From a bacterium HR11 (lineage in GTDB: Bacteria > Acidobacteriota > HRBIN11), in the NCBI GenBank assembly GCA_002898535.1, contig BEHN01000005.1, positions 35,439 through 99,438 of the forward strand: a DNA stretch of 64,000 bases, read 5' to 3'. Position 1 is the stretch's first letter, and the number at the start of each line of letters is the position of its first letter. Made by a program: the position numbers and the translations under genes. Positions 8,594-17,184 of this stretch are shown here, one piece after another. The notes beneath the pieces are model-generated. The model was not told the origin of the DNA. It ran no database searches and saw only the letters and a program-made list of their open reading frames with translations.

Positions 8594-9157
8594 ATGTCCG
8601 AAGTCGTGACTGACAACCGATACTACCGGGAGTGGTTCCTCGTCCAGACCCTGGAGGACCAGCCCCGGGTCGAACTCCGTCGGCGGGTCCGGCCTGAACG
8701 TTTTGAAATGATCGCCGACGACGTCCGTCTGGTCGCCCCGGTCCGGTTCCGGGTCCGATTCTCGGGGTCGCCCCAGCGGGTCCGGGTCGTCGGTCAGGTC
8801 CATACCCAGGTCCGACTGCAGTGCGACCGTTGCCTGACCGCCTTTGATCAGGTCGTCGACGTCCGGTTCGACTCCATCTATCTGCCTCTGTCGGAAGCGC
8901 CGAGCCACTCCCAGCGGCTGACTCAGCCGGAGGACGCCATCACGACCTTCTTCGAGCAGGAACGCATCGACGTCTGGAATATGATCCACGAACAGATTCT
9001 CCTGCAGGTCCCCTTCAAGCGCCTGTGCCGGGCCGACTGTCGGGGAATCTGTCCGACCTGCGGGGCGAACCGCAACGTCGAGCCGTGCGTTTGCACGGAG
9101 GAGTTCATCGACCCCCGGTGGAAACCCCTGGTCCGCCTTCGGAAGCTCCTGTCGTGA
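8594..9157 (+). CDS. yceD: YceD/DUF177 family protein
   Basis: 187 aa with QCDRCL ... CRADCRGICPTCGANRN Cys motifs typical of DUF177. Confidence 0.8.
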   Translation: MSEVVTDNRYYREWFLVQTLEDQPRVELRRRVRPERFEMIADDVRLVAPVRFRVRFSGSPQRVRVVGQVHTQVRLQCDRCLTAFDQVVDVRFDSIYLPLSEAPSHSQRLTQPEDAITTFFEQERIDVWNMIHEQILLQVPFKRLCRADCRGICPTCGANRNVEPCVCTEEFIDPRWKPLVRLRKLLS

Positions 9158-9376
9158 CCCGATAGGCGTACTGAAAGGCACCCGCATGACGGCGGGCTCT
9201 ATCGAATGGCGAACGGCGAGTAGCGAACAGCGAATCGTCTGGAAGTTGAATCGGTGGTCGTTACGGCGTGCCGCCATCCCGCCGTCCCGTCGAAATGGCG
9301 ACCCCGCTCTCAGGCGAGCGGGGCGGGGATGCTATCCGCCCGACTGCCGGATGCCCGACTTACCGAATGGCCCCGG

Positions 9377-9455
9377 ACCCCGCTCTTGCGAGCGGGGCTT
9401 GGAGTTCATTCCGCATTCCTGTCCTGCATCCTGCATCTTGTAGCCTGGCATCCTG
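9377..9455 (+). repeat. E-type composite repeat: REP-like hairpin plus CCTGCAT heptamer array
   Basis: ACCCCGCTCTTGCGAGCGGGGC, then ATTCCGCATTCCTGTCCTGCATCCTGCATCTTG. Same architecture at 37002-37128 and 37865-38046, and inverted at 20880-20960. Confidence 0.7.
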
Positions 9456-9480
9456 ACTCCCGAGGTAAGAGGTAAGGCCG

Positions 9481-10413
9481 ATGCCGCCCTCTCCCGTCGG
9501 CGTCCTCGTGATGGCTTACGGAAGTCCGCCCTCGATGGACGACGAGGCCATCTACGCTTACCTGCGTCACATCTTGCAGTTTTACCGCCGGACGGACCCC
9601 GACCCCGAGGCCGTGGCCCACTTGAAAGAACGCTATCGGGCCATCGGCGGCTCCCCCCTGTACGGCATCACGGAGCGCCTCGCCGCCGGTCTCCAGCAGG
9701 CCCTGGAACGGGCCTCGCCGGGGCGCTTTCGCGTATACTGGGCGATGAAGCATTCACCGCCTTTTATCGAGGACGTCGTCCCCCGGATGGCCCGGGACGG
9801 CCTCGACCGGGCCATTGGCGTGGCCCTGGCACCCTTCCGTTCCCGCTTGAGTACGGACGGCTACTACCGGGTCGTGCAGGAAGCCAATCAGGGCTTGACG
9901 AACCCGATGGCGTGGACCTTCGCCGACGACTGGCACCTACATCCCCTGTTCCTGGCCTTATGGCAGAGCCGCATCGAAGACGCCCGTCGGGGTCTCCCGG
10001 AGACGGCCCTCGTCGTCTTCACGAATCACAGCCTGCCCGAACGGGTCCGCCGGTGGGGCGACCCCTATCCGACCCAGTTCGAGGCGACGGCCCGGGTCCT
10101 GGCCGAGCGGTGCCGCCTGCCGCACTGGACGATAGCCTACCAGAGCGCCGGCGGCGGCTCTGAACCCTGGCTGGGCCCCGACCTGATCGAGGTCCTTCGG
10201 GCCTATCGAGAAGGCGGCGGGACCCACGTACTGGCGGCCCCCATCGGGTTCCTGATGGACCACCTGGAGGTCCTGTACGACATCGACGTCGAGGCCCAGG
10301 CCGAGGCCCGGTCGATGGGCCTCCACCTCGTCCGGACGCCCATGCCCAACGACGACCCCCGGCTGATCGACCTGCTGGCGGACGTCGTGACGAGGAAGGC
10401 GGTAAGGCAATAA
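9481..10413 (+). CDS. hemH: ferrochelatase
   Basis: 310 aa with VLVMAYGSP N-terminus and family-typical ...FTNHSLP... and ...PIGFLMDHLEVLYD... motifs. Confidence 0.85.
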   Translation: MPPSPVGVLVMAYGSPPSMDDEAIYAYLRHILQFYRRTDPDPEAVAHLKERYRAIGGSPLYGITERLAAGLQQALERASPGRFRVYWAMKHSPPFIEDVVPRMARDGLDRAIGVALAPFRSRLSTDGYYRVVQEANQGLTNPMAWTFADDWHLHPLFLALWQSRIEDARRGLPETALVVFTNHSLPERVRRWGDPYPTQFEATARVLAERCRLPHWTIAYQSAGGGSEPWLGPDLIEVLRAYREGGGTHVLAAPIGFLMDHLEVLYDIDVEAQAEARSMGLHLVRTPMPNDDPRLIDLLADVVTRKAVRQ

Positions 10414-10528
10414 GGCAGATGGGCAGGTCGGCAGATAGGCCGTCGGCAGATGGGCCGTCGGCAAGTGGGCAGGCAGGGGAGGGATACCCGTGCGGGTGGC
10501 TCCCTTGACCCGGGTAATAGTTCGTTAT

Positions 10529-10955
10529 CAGAGCTGTTCGGTTGGGAGAAATGCGGCTCCTATCCGGGAAAACGGTGGCCCGGCGACCTCGATTTTTCAA
10601 GCTTGTGAAGGATGACACCACCATGACTGGCGGTGTTCAAAGGGAATGACACCGCCATGGCTGGCGGTGTTCGGAGGGAATGACACCGCCATGACTGGCG
10701 GTGTTCAGAGGGGATGACACCGCCATGACTGGCGGTGTTCAGAGGGGATCGACCCGGCCAGGACGGGCGGTGCATGAGGAGGACGCCCGCAGGACGGCGG
10801 GCTCTCTACAGAAGCCACCGGCAGGACGGCCGGTGTCCCGAGGATCAACGCCCGTCACCCGACCTGCCCATCTGCCGACCTGCCGACTGCCCACCTGCCC
10901 ACCTCCCCATCTGCCAACTGCCTATCTGCCCACCTGCCGACCTACCCACCTGCCC
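10529..10955 (+). mobile_element. A-type composite element, copy A3 (right terminus missing, abuts rlmI start)
   Basis: CAGAGCTGTTCGG at 10529-10541, then L-module, 4+1 hairpin units, middle and octamer array, collinear with A1. No right inverted repeat before ATG 10968. Confidence 0.6.
10610..10780 (+). repeat. tandem array of four 34-bp hairpin units plus one degenerate unit
   Basis: Phase markers at 10611, 10645, 10679, 10713 and 10747. Same unit as 2183-2355. Confidence 0.85.
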
Positions 10956-10967
10956 TATGAGGTATCG

Positions 10968-12155
10968 ATGCATCCGGTCGTCCAGGTCCCCCGCTCGCTG
11001 GCCCGCCGTGTCCGGCGGGGTCAGCTCTGGGTCCGCCGCGGTGAATGGGAGGCCGCCGGCCTGCCGGTCCTGCCGGCCGGGTCGTGGGTCCGGCTCGTCG
11101 AACGGGAGTCCCATGAGTTCATCGCCCTGGCGTACTACAATCCCCACAGCCAGATCGTCGCCCGGGTCGTCAGCTACGGGCCGATTTCGGTCGATGCCGA
11201 ATTCTGGTACGAGCGATTCCGGCAGGCCTGGGACCTGCGGGCGCATTGGCTGGCGGAGTGGCCTGACACGAACGCCTGGCGGTGGGTCCACGCCGAGGCC
11301 GACGGCCTGCCGGGCCTCATCGTCGATTACTACGACGGCCATGCCGTCCTGCAAATCCTGACCCTGGGGATGGACACCCAACGGGACGCCATCGTCGAGG
11401 CCCTGCGGCGGTTCCCCCTGAAGGGGATCGCCGAAAAGAGCGTCGGCCGGGCCCGGCAGGCCGAGGGCCTGGACGACCGCGTCGGCGTCCTCTGGGGCGA
11501 CGTCCCGGCGGTCCTGACGATTCGGGAAGGCGGCGTCGAGTACCTCGTCGACTGGGTCGAGGGCCACAAGACGGGCTTCTACCTGGACCAGCGGGAGAAC
11601 CGCCTCTGGGTCGGCCGCCATGCCCGAGACCGGACCGCCCTGGACCTCTGCGCCTACACGGGGAGCTTCAGCCTGGCGGCCGTCCTCGGGGGCGCTCAGA
11701 AGGCCGTGGCCGTCGAGACGAGCCGGAAGGCCCTCGAGCTGGGCGAACGGCAGGCCGAGCGCCTCGGCGTGCAGGACCGCATCGAGTGGGTCCAGGCCGA
11801 CGTATTCGACTACGTGCGGCACTTAGTCCGCCAACGGGCCCGCTTTGACATCGTCATCCTCGACCCGCCGCCCCTGGCGCCGTCCCGACGGGACCTGCCC
11901 AATGCGATCCGGGCCTACCGGGAACTCAACCGGCAGGCGATGCGCCTGGTCCGGCCCGGCGGATGGCTCCTGACCTGCACGTGCTCGCATCATGTCCGGC
12001 CGGAGACTTTCGTACGGGTCGTCTACCAGGCGGCCGCCAGCATCCCCCGGCGGTTCCGCATCCTGGCGTGGCGGCATCAACCTCCCGACCATCCCTTCCT
12101 CCTGAGCGTGCCCGAGACGGCCTACTTCCAGGCCCTGCTCCTGCAAGCGGAATGA
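10968..12155 (+). CDS. rlmI: class I SAM-dependent rRNA (cytosine-C5) methyltransferase, RlmI-like (PUA + MTase)
   Basis: True start MHPVVQVPRSL at ATG 10968. Has LDLCAYTGSFSLAA SAM motif and ILDPPP catalytic motif. The upstream 89 codons of ORF 10701.. are repeat read-through. Confidence 0.8.
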   Translation: MHPVVQVPRSLARRVRRGQLWVRRGEWEAAGLPVLPAGSWVRLVERESHEFIALAYYNPHSQIVARVVSYGPISVDAEFWYERFRQAWDLRAHWLAEWPDTNAWRWVHAEADGLPGLIVDYYDGHAVLQILTLGMDTQRDAIVEALRRFPLKGIAEKSVGRARQAEGLDDRVGVLWGDVPAVLTIREGGVEYLVDWVEGHKTGFYLDQRENRLWVGRHARDRTALDLCAYTGSFSLAAVLGGAQKAVAVETSRKALELGERQAERLGVQDRIEWVQADVFDYVRHLVRQRARFDIVILDPPPLAPSRRDLPNAIRAYRELNRQAMRLVRPGGWLLTCTCSHHVRPETFVRVVYQAAASIPRRFRILAWRHQPPDHPFLLSVPETAYFQALLLQAE

Positions 12156-12386
12156 GTATCGGGGATTCGGGAATTCGGGAGCTCGGGAGTTCGGCAATAA
12201 GGCAGTTCGGGAATTCGGCCCTTCGGGAGGGCCGTTCGACGGCCGACGTAGAAAACAAGGGGGGCATCCATCGTTCCCGGATGGCCGCAGCCCCGCTCTA
12301 ACGAGCGGGGCTGGGATGAAGACGGTCGGCCGGCCCCCCAATGCCCGAGTTCCCGAACTCCCGGATTGCCGAATTCCTGAATGGCC

Positions 12387-13196
12387 CTATTTATGGCTTT
12401 GGGCGTGGAGGCGTTCGTAGAAGGCGACCGTAGCGGCGACGGCCACGTTGAGGCTGTCCATCGGGGCCCGCATGGGGACGTGGGCCCCGGGCAGGGACGA
12501 GAGGACCTCCGGGAGGGGGGCCGTCTCGCCCCCGAAGACGAGCACGCCCCGGGGCGGCCATCGGAGATTCCAGAGGGGACGGGGCCGGCTGGGATGGACG
12601 ACGATCAGGGGCATCCGGTCCTGCTGATACCATCGGATCAGATGGCTCGGCGCAACGTCCGTCCAGAAGGGGACCCGCAGGCAGGCGCTCATGCTGGCCC
12701 GGGTGGCCTTCGGGTTGTACGGGGAGACGGAGCCCGGCGACAGCAGGAGACCCCGAATCCCGGCGCCCAGGGCCGTCCGGAAGATCGTCCCCAGGTTACC
12801 GGGGTCCCGGATTTGATAGAAGTACGCATAGTAGCCCTCTGCCGGGGGCGGCCACGACCGCTCCGGTGGACGAGACCAGAGGGCTAAGAGGCCAGGCGGC
12901 GTCTCGACGGTCGAAAGACGCGCCATTTGCTCTCGGGTGCACACATAGACGGGCACCTTCCGATGCCGCTTCAGGGCGGCCTGGACGCCCTTCCATTCGG
13001 GACTCGCCAAGCGGGACCGCTCGACGACGACCCCGACGGGCGGGTCATCGACGTATTCCAGGGCCTCCCGGACGGACCGGAAGCCCTCCAGGACCATCGT
13101 GTGGGTCGCCTCGGTCCGCCGGAGGAGCCGCTCGTAGCGTCGGAGGACATCTTCCGTCAGAGACGGCCACTCCTTCGCCATCGCCGTCATCGACAT
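12387..13196 (-). CDS. TrmH/SpoU family RNA 2'-O-methyltransferase
   Basis: IRDPGNLGTIFRTA, LVFGGE and MDSLNVAVAATVAFYE SpoU motifs. The first 5 codons of ORF 12387..13211 are heptamer repeat, so start is placed at the next ATG (13196; alternatives 13190, 13181). Confidence 0.8.
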   Translation of the reverse strand: MSMTAMAKEWPSLTEDVLRRYERLLRRTEATHTMVLEGFRSVREALEYVDDPPVGVVVERSRLASPEWKGVQAALKRHRKVPVYVCTREQMARLSTVETPPGLLALWSRPPERSWPPPAEGYYAYFYQIRDPGNLGTIFRTALGAGIRGLLLSPGSVSPYNPKATRASMSACLRVPFWTDVAPSHLIRWYQQDRMPLIVVHPSRPRPLWNLRWPPRGVLVFGGETAPLPEVLSSLPGAHVPMRAPMDSLNVAVAATVAFYERLHAQSHK

Positions 13197-13367
13197 CCGA
13201 CCATAGACCATGGACCATAGACCCCTGGGCCCCAGCCGGTCTATGGTCTGGGGTCCATGGTCTATGGTCCATGGTCGGATTTATGAGCCCACCTCTTTGA
13301 AAAATCGTGCTTCCCGGGCGTTGGGAAGGGTTGTCCCGACGCCATTCTCACGAACCGAACGGTTCTG
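13197..13367 (-). repeat. partial B-type element (heptamer hairpin plus one end module)
   Basis: GACCATAGACCATGGACCATAGACC..CCGGTCTATGGTCTGGGGTCC hairpin and end module ...GACGCCATTCTCACGAACCGAACGGTTCTG (13355-13367). Confidence 0.65.
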
Positions 13368-13407
13368 TTCGCAATCAATCTACAATCCGCAATTCGCAAT
13401 TTACGAC

Positions 13408-14313
13408 TCACTCTCCCCATTTCAGTTTCATCCGGAGCGTCTCGAAGAAGGACCGCTCGGGGTGGGTCACGAATCGAAGCGGCTCGGGCGCCTTCCGGAC
13501 GACGACCCGCTCCCGAAATCCCAGGGGGTAGCCCTGCTGGCCGTCCAGGGTGACGACGACGTCCTCGTTCTCGACCTCCAGGACGACTTCGACCCGGGCC
13601 GTGTCCGGCAGGAGGATGGGCCGCTGGGTCAGGGCGTGCGGACAGATGGGCGTCAGCAGGATGACCGGGACCGTCGGGTACACGATGGACCCGCCGGCCG
13701 AGAGCGAGTAGGCCGTCGACCCCGTCGGCGTGGCGATGATCAGGCCGTCGGCCCGATAGTTCGTCAGGAATTCCCCGTCGACCGTCACCCGGAGGTCGAT
13801 GATCCGGGCGAGGGCCGACTTGTTGACGACGACGTCGTTGAGGACCGTGAAGGGGCCTAAAGGCCCGTCCGTCCGTTCGATGGTCGCCTGCAGGAGCGTC
13901 CGGGGCTGGACCTGCAGGCGGCCCTGGCGGAAGGCCTCGAAGACGGCCGGGACCTCTTCGACGGTCACCTCCGTCAGGAAACCCAACCGGCCCAGGTGGA
14001 TGCCCAGGACAGGGACGGGCCGACCGGCGATGCTCCGGACGGCTTGTAGGAACGTCCCGTCTCCGCCGATGACGACCATGCAGTCGACGGCGGCGGCCAA
14101 CTCGGGCAAGGGGAGCCACTGGACGTCCCGCTCGACGGCCTCGCCCAAGCGGCCCCGGCATTCCTCCGGGAGATACGCCTGGCCGCCGGAGGCCCGGACC
14201 TCCTGGACGACCCGGGCGGTCGTCTCGGGCGCCCGGGGATGACGGTACTTGACGAGCAGACCGAAACGACGGACGGCCTTCGGGTCTAAACTCTCGCCCC
14301 TGGGTCGGGTCAT
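13408..14313 (-). CDS. nadK: NAD+ kinase
   Basis: 301 aa with GGDGTFL motif and NadK-typical ...ATPTGSTAYSLSAGG. Confidence 0.9.
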   Translation of the reverse strand: MTRPRGESLDPKAVRRFGLLVKYRHPRAPETTARVVQEVRASGGQAYLPEECRGRLGEAVERDVQWLPLPELAAAVDCMVVIGGDGTFLQAVRSIAGRPVPVLGIHLGRLGFLTEVTVEEVPAVFEAFRQGRLQVQPRTLLQATIERTDGPLGPFTVLNDVVVNKSALARIIDLRVTVDGEFLTNYRADGLIIATPTGSTAYSLSAGGSIVYPTVPVILLTPICPHALTQRPILLPDTARVEVVLEVENEDVVVTLDGQQGYPLGFRERVVVRKAPEPLRFVTHPERSFFETLRMKLKWGE

Positions 14314-14316
14314 AAG

Positions 14317-15738
14317 TCACCTCGGACTGCGCCGCTCCCGTAAGACTTCCTCGGCTCGCCGCCGACGGGCTTCCTCGCGCGCCTGCCGGAGTTCCCAGAC
14401 CCTCCGCCGGGCGGCAAAGAACAGACGGCCCATTCGGAGCAAGACCCGCCAGGCCCAGAGGCCCCGGACCCGGGCATGGCTCAAGTCGGCTCCCCACCAC
14501 CACGCTCGCAAGACTCGGGCTGTCCGCAGGTCCGCATAAGACAACTGGGCATAGTCCATCCGGGCCCGGGTCAGGTCGGCGCCCGTGAGGGTAGCGAAGC
14601 GGAAGTCGGCATACGGGAAGTGGCCGCCTCGCAAGTCGGCCAGGGCCAAGCTCGCCCGTCCGAAGTCGGCCCTCGGGGCTTGCACCTCGACGAGGCGAGC
14701 CCGCTCCAGGTTGGCCCGGCGGAACACGGCGCCCTGGAGGTCGGCCCGGTCCAGGCGCGCGCTCCGCAGGTCGGCCTCCGTAAAGTCGGCGCCGACCAGC
14801 TGAGCCTGCTGGAAGTCGGCACTCCGCAGGTTCATGCCCGTAAAACGACAGCCGTTCAGCCAGGCCCCGGTCCACGTGACGGCCGTCAGGCGGGCCGTGT
14901 GAAAGTCGACGCCGTCCCAGAGGCTTCCGTCCAGGCTGACCTGCTCCATCGTGACCTCGTCGACCTGCGTATGGCGGGCCGTCACGCGGCGGAGGACGCA
15001 ATCAGACCACCGACTCCCCGTCAGGTCGGCCCCCTCGAGGGCGACGCCCTCCATCTGGACCCGGTGGGCCTGCAAGAAGCGCAGGTTGGCACCGTTCATT
15101 TGAGAACCCTGGAGTTGGACCTGGTCCCATCGGGCCTGGTAGAAGTTCGCCCGCGTCAGGTTCGCCCGTTGGGCCAAGACCTGCCTCCACTCGGCTTCTC
15201 GCCATCGGGTCTCGAGGGCGTCCGACTCGGAGAGGTCGACTTCCTCCAGGACGGCACCGGTAAAGTCGGCCCCCCGGATCCGAGCCCGGAGCATGGAGGC
15301 CTTAAAGACCCGAACGTTTTGGAGGGAGCACCCGGCCATGGAGACGCCGTCCAGGCGGGCGTAGGAGAGGTCGGCCCCGTCCAGGCGGCTCCCGTGAAGC
15401 TCGCTGTTGCGCAAATCCACATGCCGCAGGGAGGCCCCCGTGAAGTCGACCTCCAGGAGGTTCTGGAAGCTCAGGTCAGCCCCGTCCAGGACGGCGTCCT
15501 GGAAGCGGGCTCGGTTCAGGCGGGCCATCCGGAGCTGAGCGCCCCGGAGGTCACACCCGGAGAGGTCGGCCCCCTCGAGATTCGTCGACTGCAGGACGGC
15601 CCCCTGGAGGTTCAACCCGTGGAGGTCCCGGCCGGCCAGGTCCAGCCGACTGAGGTCGGGCGTGATGTGGGGGTGGGCTGTCCGCCATTCATTCCAATCG
15701 CCGGCGTCCAAGTGGGCCACGTGGGTCGGGTCGGCCAT
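14317..15738 (-). CDS. pentapeptide-repeat protein with basic/hydrophobic C-terminal tail
   Basis: Roughly 400 aa of A(D/N)LxG-type pentapeptide repeats. The tail is WWWGADLSHARVRGLWAWRVLL...RRRRAEE. Stop lies 3 nt before the nadK start. Confidence 0.85.
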   Translation of the reverse strand: MADPTHVAHLDAGDWNEWRTAHPHITPDLSRLDLAGRDLHGLNLQGAVLQSTNLEGADLSGCDLRGAQLRMARLNRARFQDAVLDGADLSFQNLLEVDFTGASLRHVDLRNSELHGSRLDGADLSYARLDGVSMAGCSLQNVRVFKASMLRARIRGADFTGAVLEEVDLSESDALETRWREAEWRQVLAQRANLTRANFYQARWDQVQLQGSQMNGANLRFLQAHRVQMEGVALEGADLTGSRWSDCVLRRVTARHTQVDEVTMEQVSLDGSLWDGVDFHTARLTAVTWTGAWLNGCRFTGMNLRSADFQQAQLVGADFTEADLRSARLDRADLQGAVFRRANLERARLVEVQAPRADFGRASLALADLRGGHFPYADFRFATLTGADLTRARMDYAQLSYADLRTARVLRAWWWGADLSHARVRGLWAWRVLLRMGRLFFAARRRVWELRQAREEARRRRAEEVLRERRSPR

Positions 15739-15824
15739 GGCAACGACTCCCTGGAAGCATTATAGCGGGGTGCAAGATGCGGGATACAGGATCGGTCGGA
15801 GGGTCGGGTCCGGTGGGGGCTCAT

Positions 15825-15883
15825 TTGACAATGGGGGTCTGGGGGCTTATCATAAAGTAGACAAAGTGAGTCCAGATTGTCCA
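15825..15883 (+). promoter_or_regulatory. sigma70-type promoter plus candidate Rrf2 operator of the suf operon
   Basis: TTGACA (15825-15830), 17-nt spacer, TATCAT (15848-15853). Inverted repeat TAGACAA (15858-15864) / TTGTCCA (15877-15883) follows just downstream. GGAGG RBS precedes GTG 15914. Confidence 0.55.
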
Positions 15884-15913
15884 GGTTCGGCGGTCCCGGA
15901 CCGGGGAGGTACC

Positions 15914-16369
15914 GTGCGCATCAGCCGTTCCCTCGACTACGCCATCCGGGCCCTCGTCTACCTCGGGATGTACCAGACCGGTGACCTTTCCCATATCGCC
16001 CAATCGACACGCGTCCCCCAGCCCTACCTGGCGAAGGTCATGAACCGCCTCGTCCGAAAGGGCCTCGTCCGTTCGACCGTCGGCCGGGAAGGCGGCTACG
16101 TCCTGCGCAAACGCCCCCAGGACATCACGGTCCGGGAGGTCTTCGAGGCCGTCGAAGGCGAGTTCCATCTCTTCGACTGCTACTTCGGGACTGAAGAATG
16201 CTACTTCATCTCCCAGAACTGTGCCCAGCTCCGGTTCTGGAACCAGCTCCAACAGGTCATCCTGAAGGCCCTGGAGTCGACGACCTTGGCCGACCTATTG
16301 CCCCAATCCTCGAAACCCATGGAGGTCCTCTATGCACGTTGTCCGACGCCCCCGACTCCAAATCCGTAA
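15914..16369 (+). CDS. Rrf2-family transcriptional regulator (IscR/SufR-like, probable Fe-S sensor)
   Basis: (V)RISRSLDYAIRALVYLG...PYLAKVMNRLVRKGLV winged helix. Has a Cx6Cx6C triad (DCYFGTEECYFISQNC). GTG start with GGAGGT RBS. Confidence 0.8.
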   Translation: MRISRSLDYAIRALVYLGMYQTGDLSHIAQSTRVPQPYLAKVMNRLVRKGLVRSTVGREGGYVLRKRPQDITVREVFEAVEGEFHLFDCYFGTEECYFISQNCAQLRFWNQLQQVILKALESTTLADLLPQSSKPMEVLYARCPTPPTPNP

Positions 16370-17144
16370 CCTGCACGTCGTCGTGGAAGACAAGGAGATC
16401 GTTCGGGGCCTGGACCTGACGATTTATCCCGGCGAGCTCCATGCCATCATGGGGCCCAACGGCTCGGGCAAGAGCACCCTGGCCCTGGCCCTGATGGGCC
16501 ATCCGAAGTACCAGGTCACGGAAGGCGAGGTCTGGCTCGACGGCCAGAACATCCTCGAGATGAAGCCCCATCAGCGGGCGATGGCCGGGATGTTCCTGGC
16601 CTTCCAGTACCCCCAGGAGATCCAGGGCGTCCCGATGGGCCGCTTCCTGTGGACGGCCCTGACGACCCGTCGGAAGGCCGGCGCCGACGGAAGCCCGGCG
16701 CCCCGGGACCTGCTCGGCTTCGGAAAGTTCCTGCGGGGCCTTCTCGAAGACGTCCGCCTGAACCCGGACTTCGCCCAGCGGCATCTGAACGTGGGCTTCT
16801 CGGGCGGTGAAAAGAAGCGGGCCGAGGTCGTCCAGATGATGGTCTTCCGGCCCAAGATGGCCCTGCTGGACGAGATCGACTCGGGCCTCGACATCGACAG
16901 CGTCCGCATCGTCGCCGAGGCCCTCCAGAAACAGCGGGACGGGGACATGAGCGTCCTGATCATCACGCACTACCCCCGGATTTTGCACTACCTGGAGCCG
17001 GACTACGTCCACGTGATGGTCGACGGCCGCATCGTCCACAGCGGCGACAAGTCCCTGGCCCTTCGCCTGGAAGAGTTGGGCTACGAGGGGTTCCTCCGGG
17101 AACTCCTCTCGGAAAGCTCGACCCTGACGGCCCCCCCTGCCTAA
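16332..17144 (+). CDS. sufC: Fe-S cluster assembly ATPase SufC
   Basis: GPNGSGKSTL Walker A, FSGGEKKR signature, LLDEIDSGLD Walker B. Sits beside sufB. Confidence 0.9.
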   Translation: MHVVRRPRLQIRNLHVVVEDKEIVRGLDLTIYPGELHAIMGPNGSGKSTLALALMGHPKYQVTEGEVWLDGQNILEMKPHQRAMAGMFLAFQYPQEIQGVPMGRFLWTALTTRRKAGADGSPAPRDLLGFGKFLRGLLEDVRLNPDFAQRHLNVGFSGGEKKRAEVVQMMVFRPKMALLDEIDSGLDIDSVRIVAEALQKQRDGDMSVLIITHYPRILHYLEPDYVHVMVDGRIVHSGDKSLALRLEELGYEGFLRELLSESSTLTAPPA

Positions 17145-17184
17145 GACAACGCCATCAGGTCGGCAAGACTTAGGAGGTATTCCA

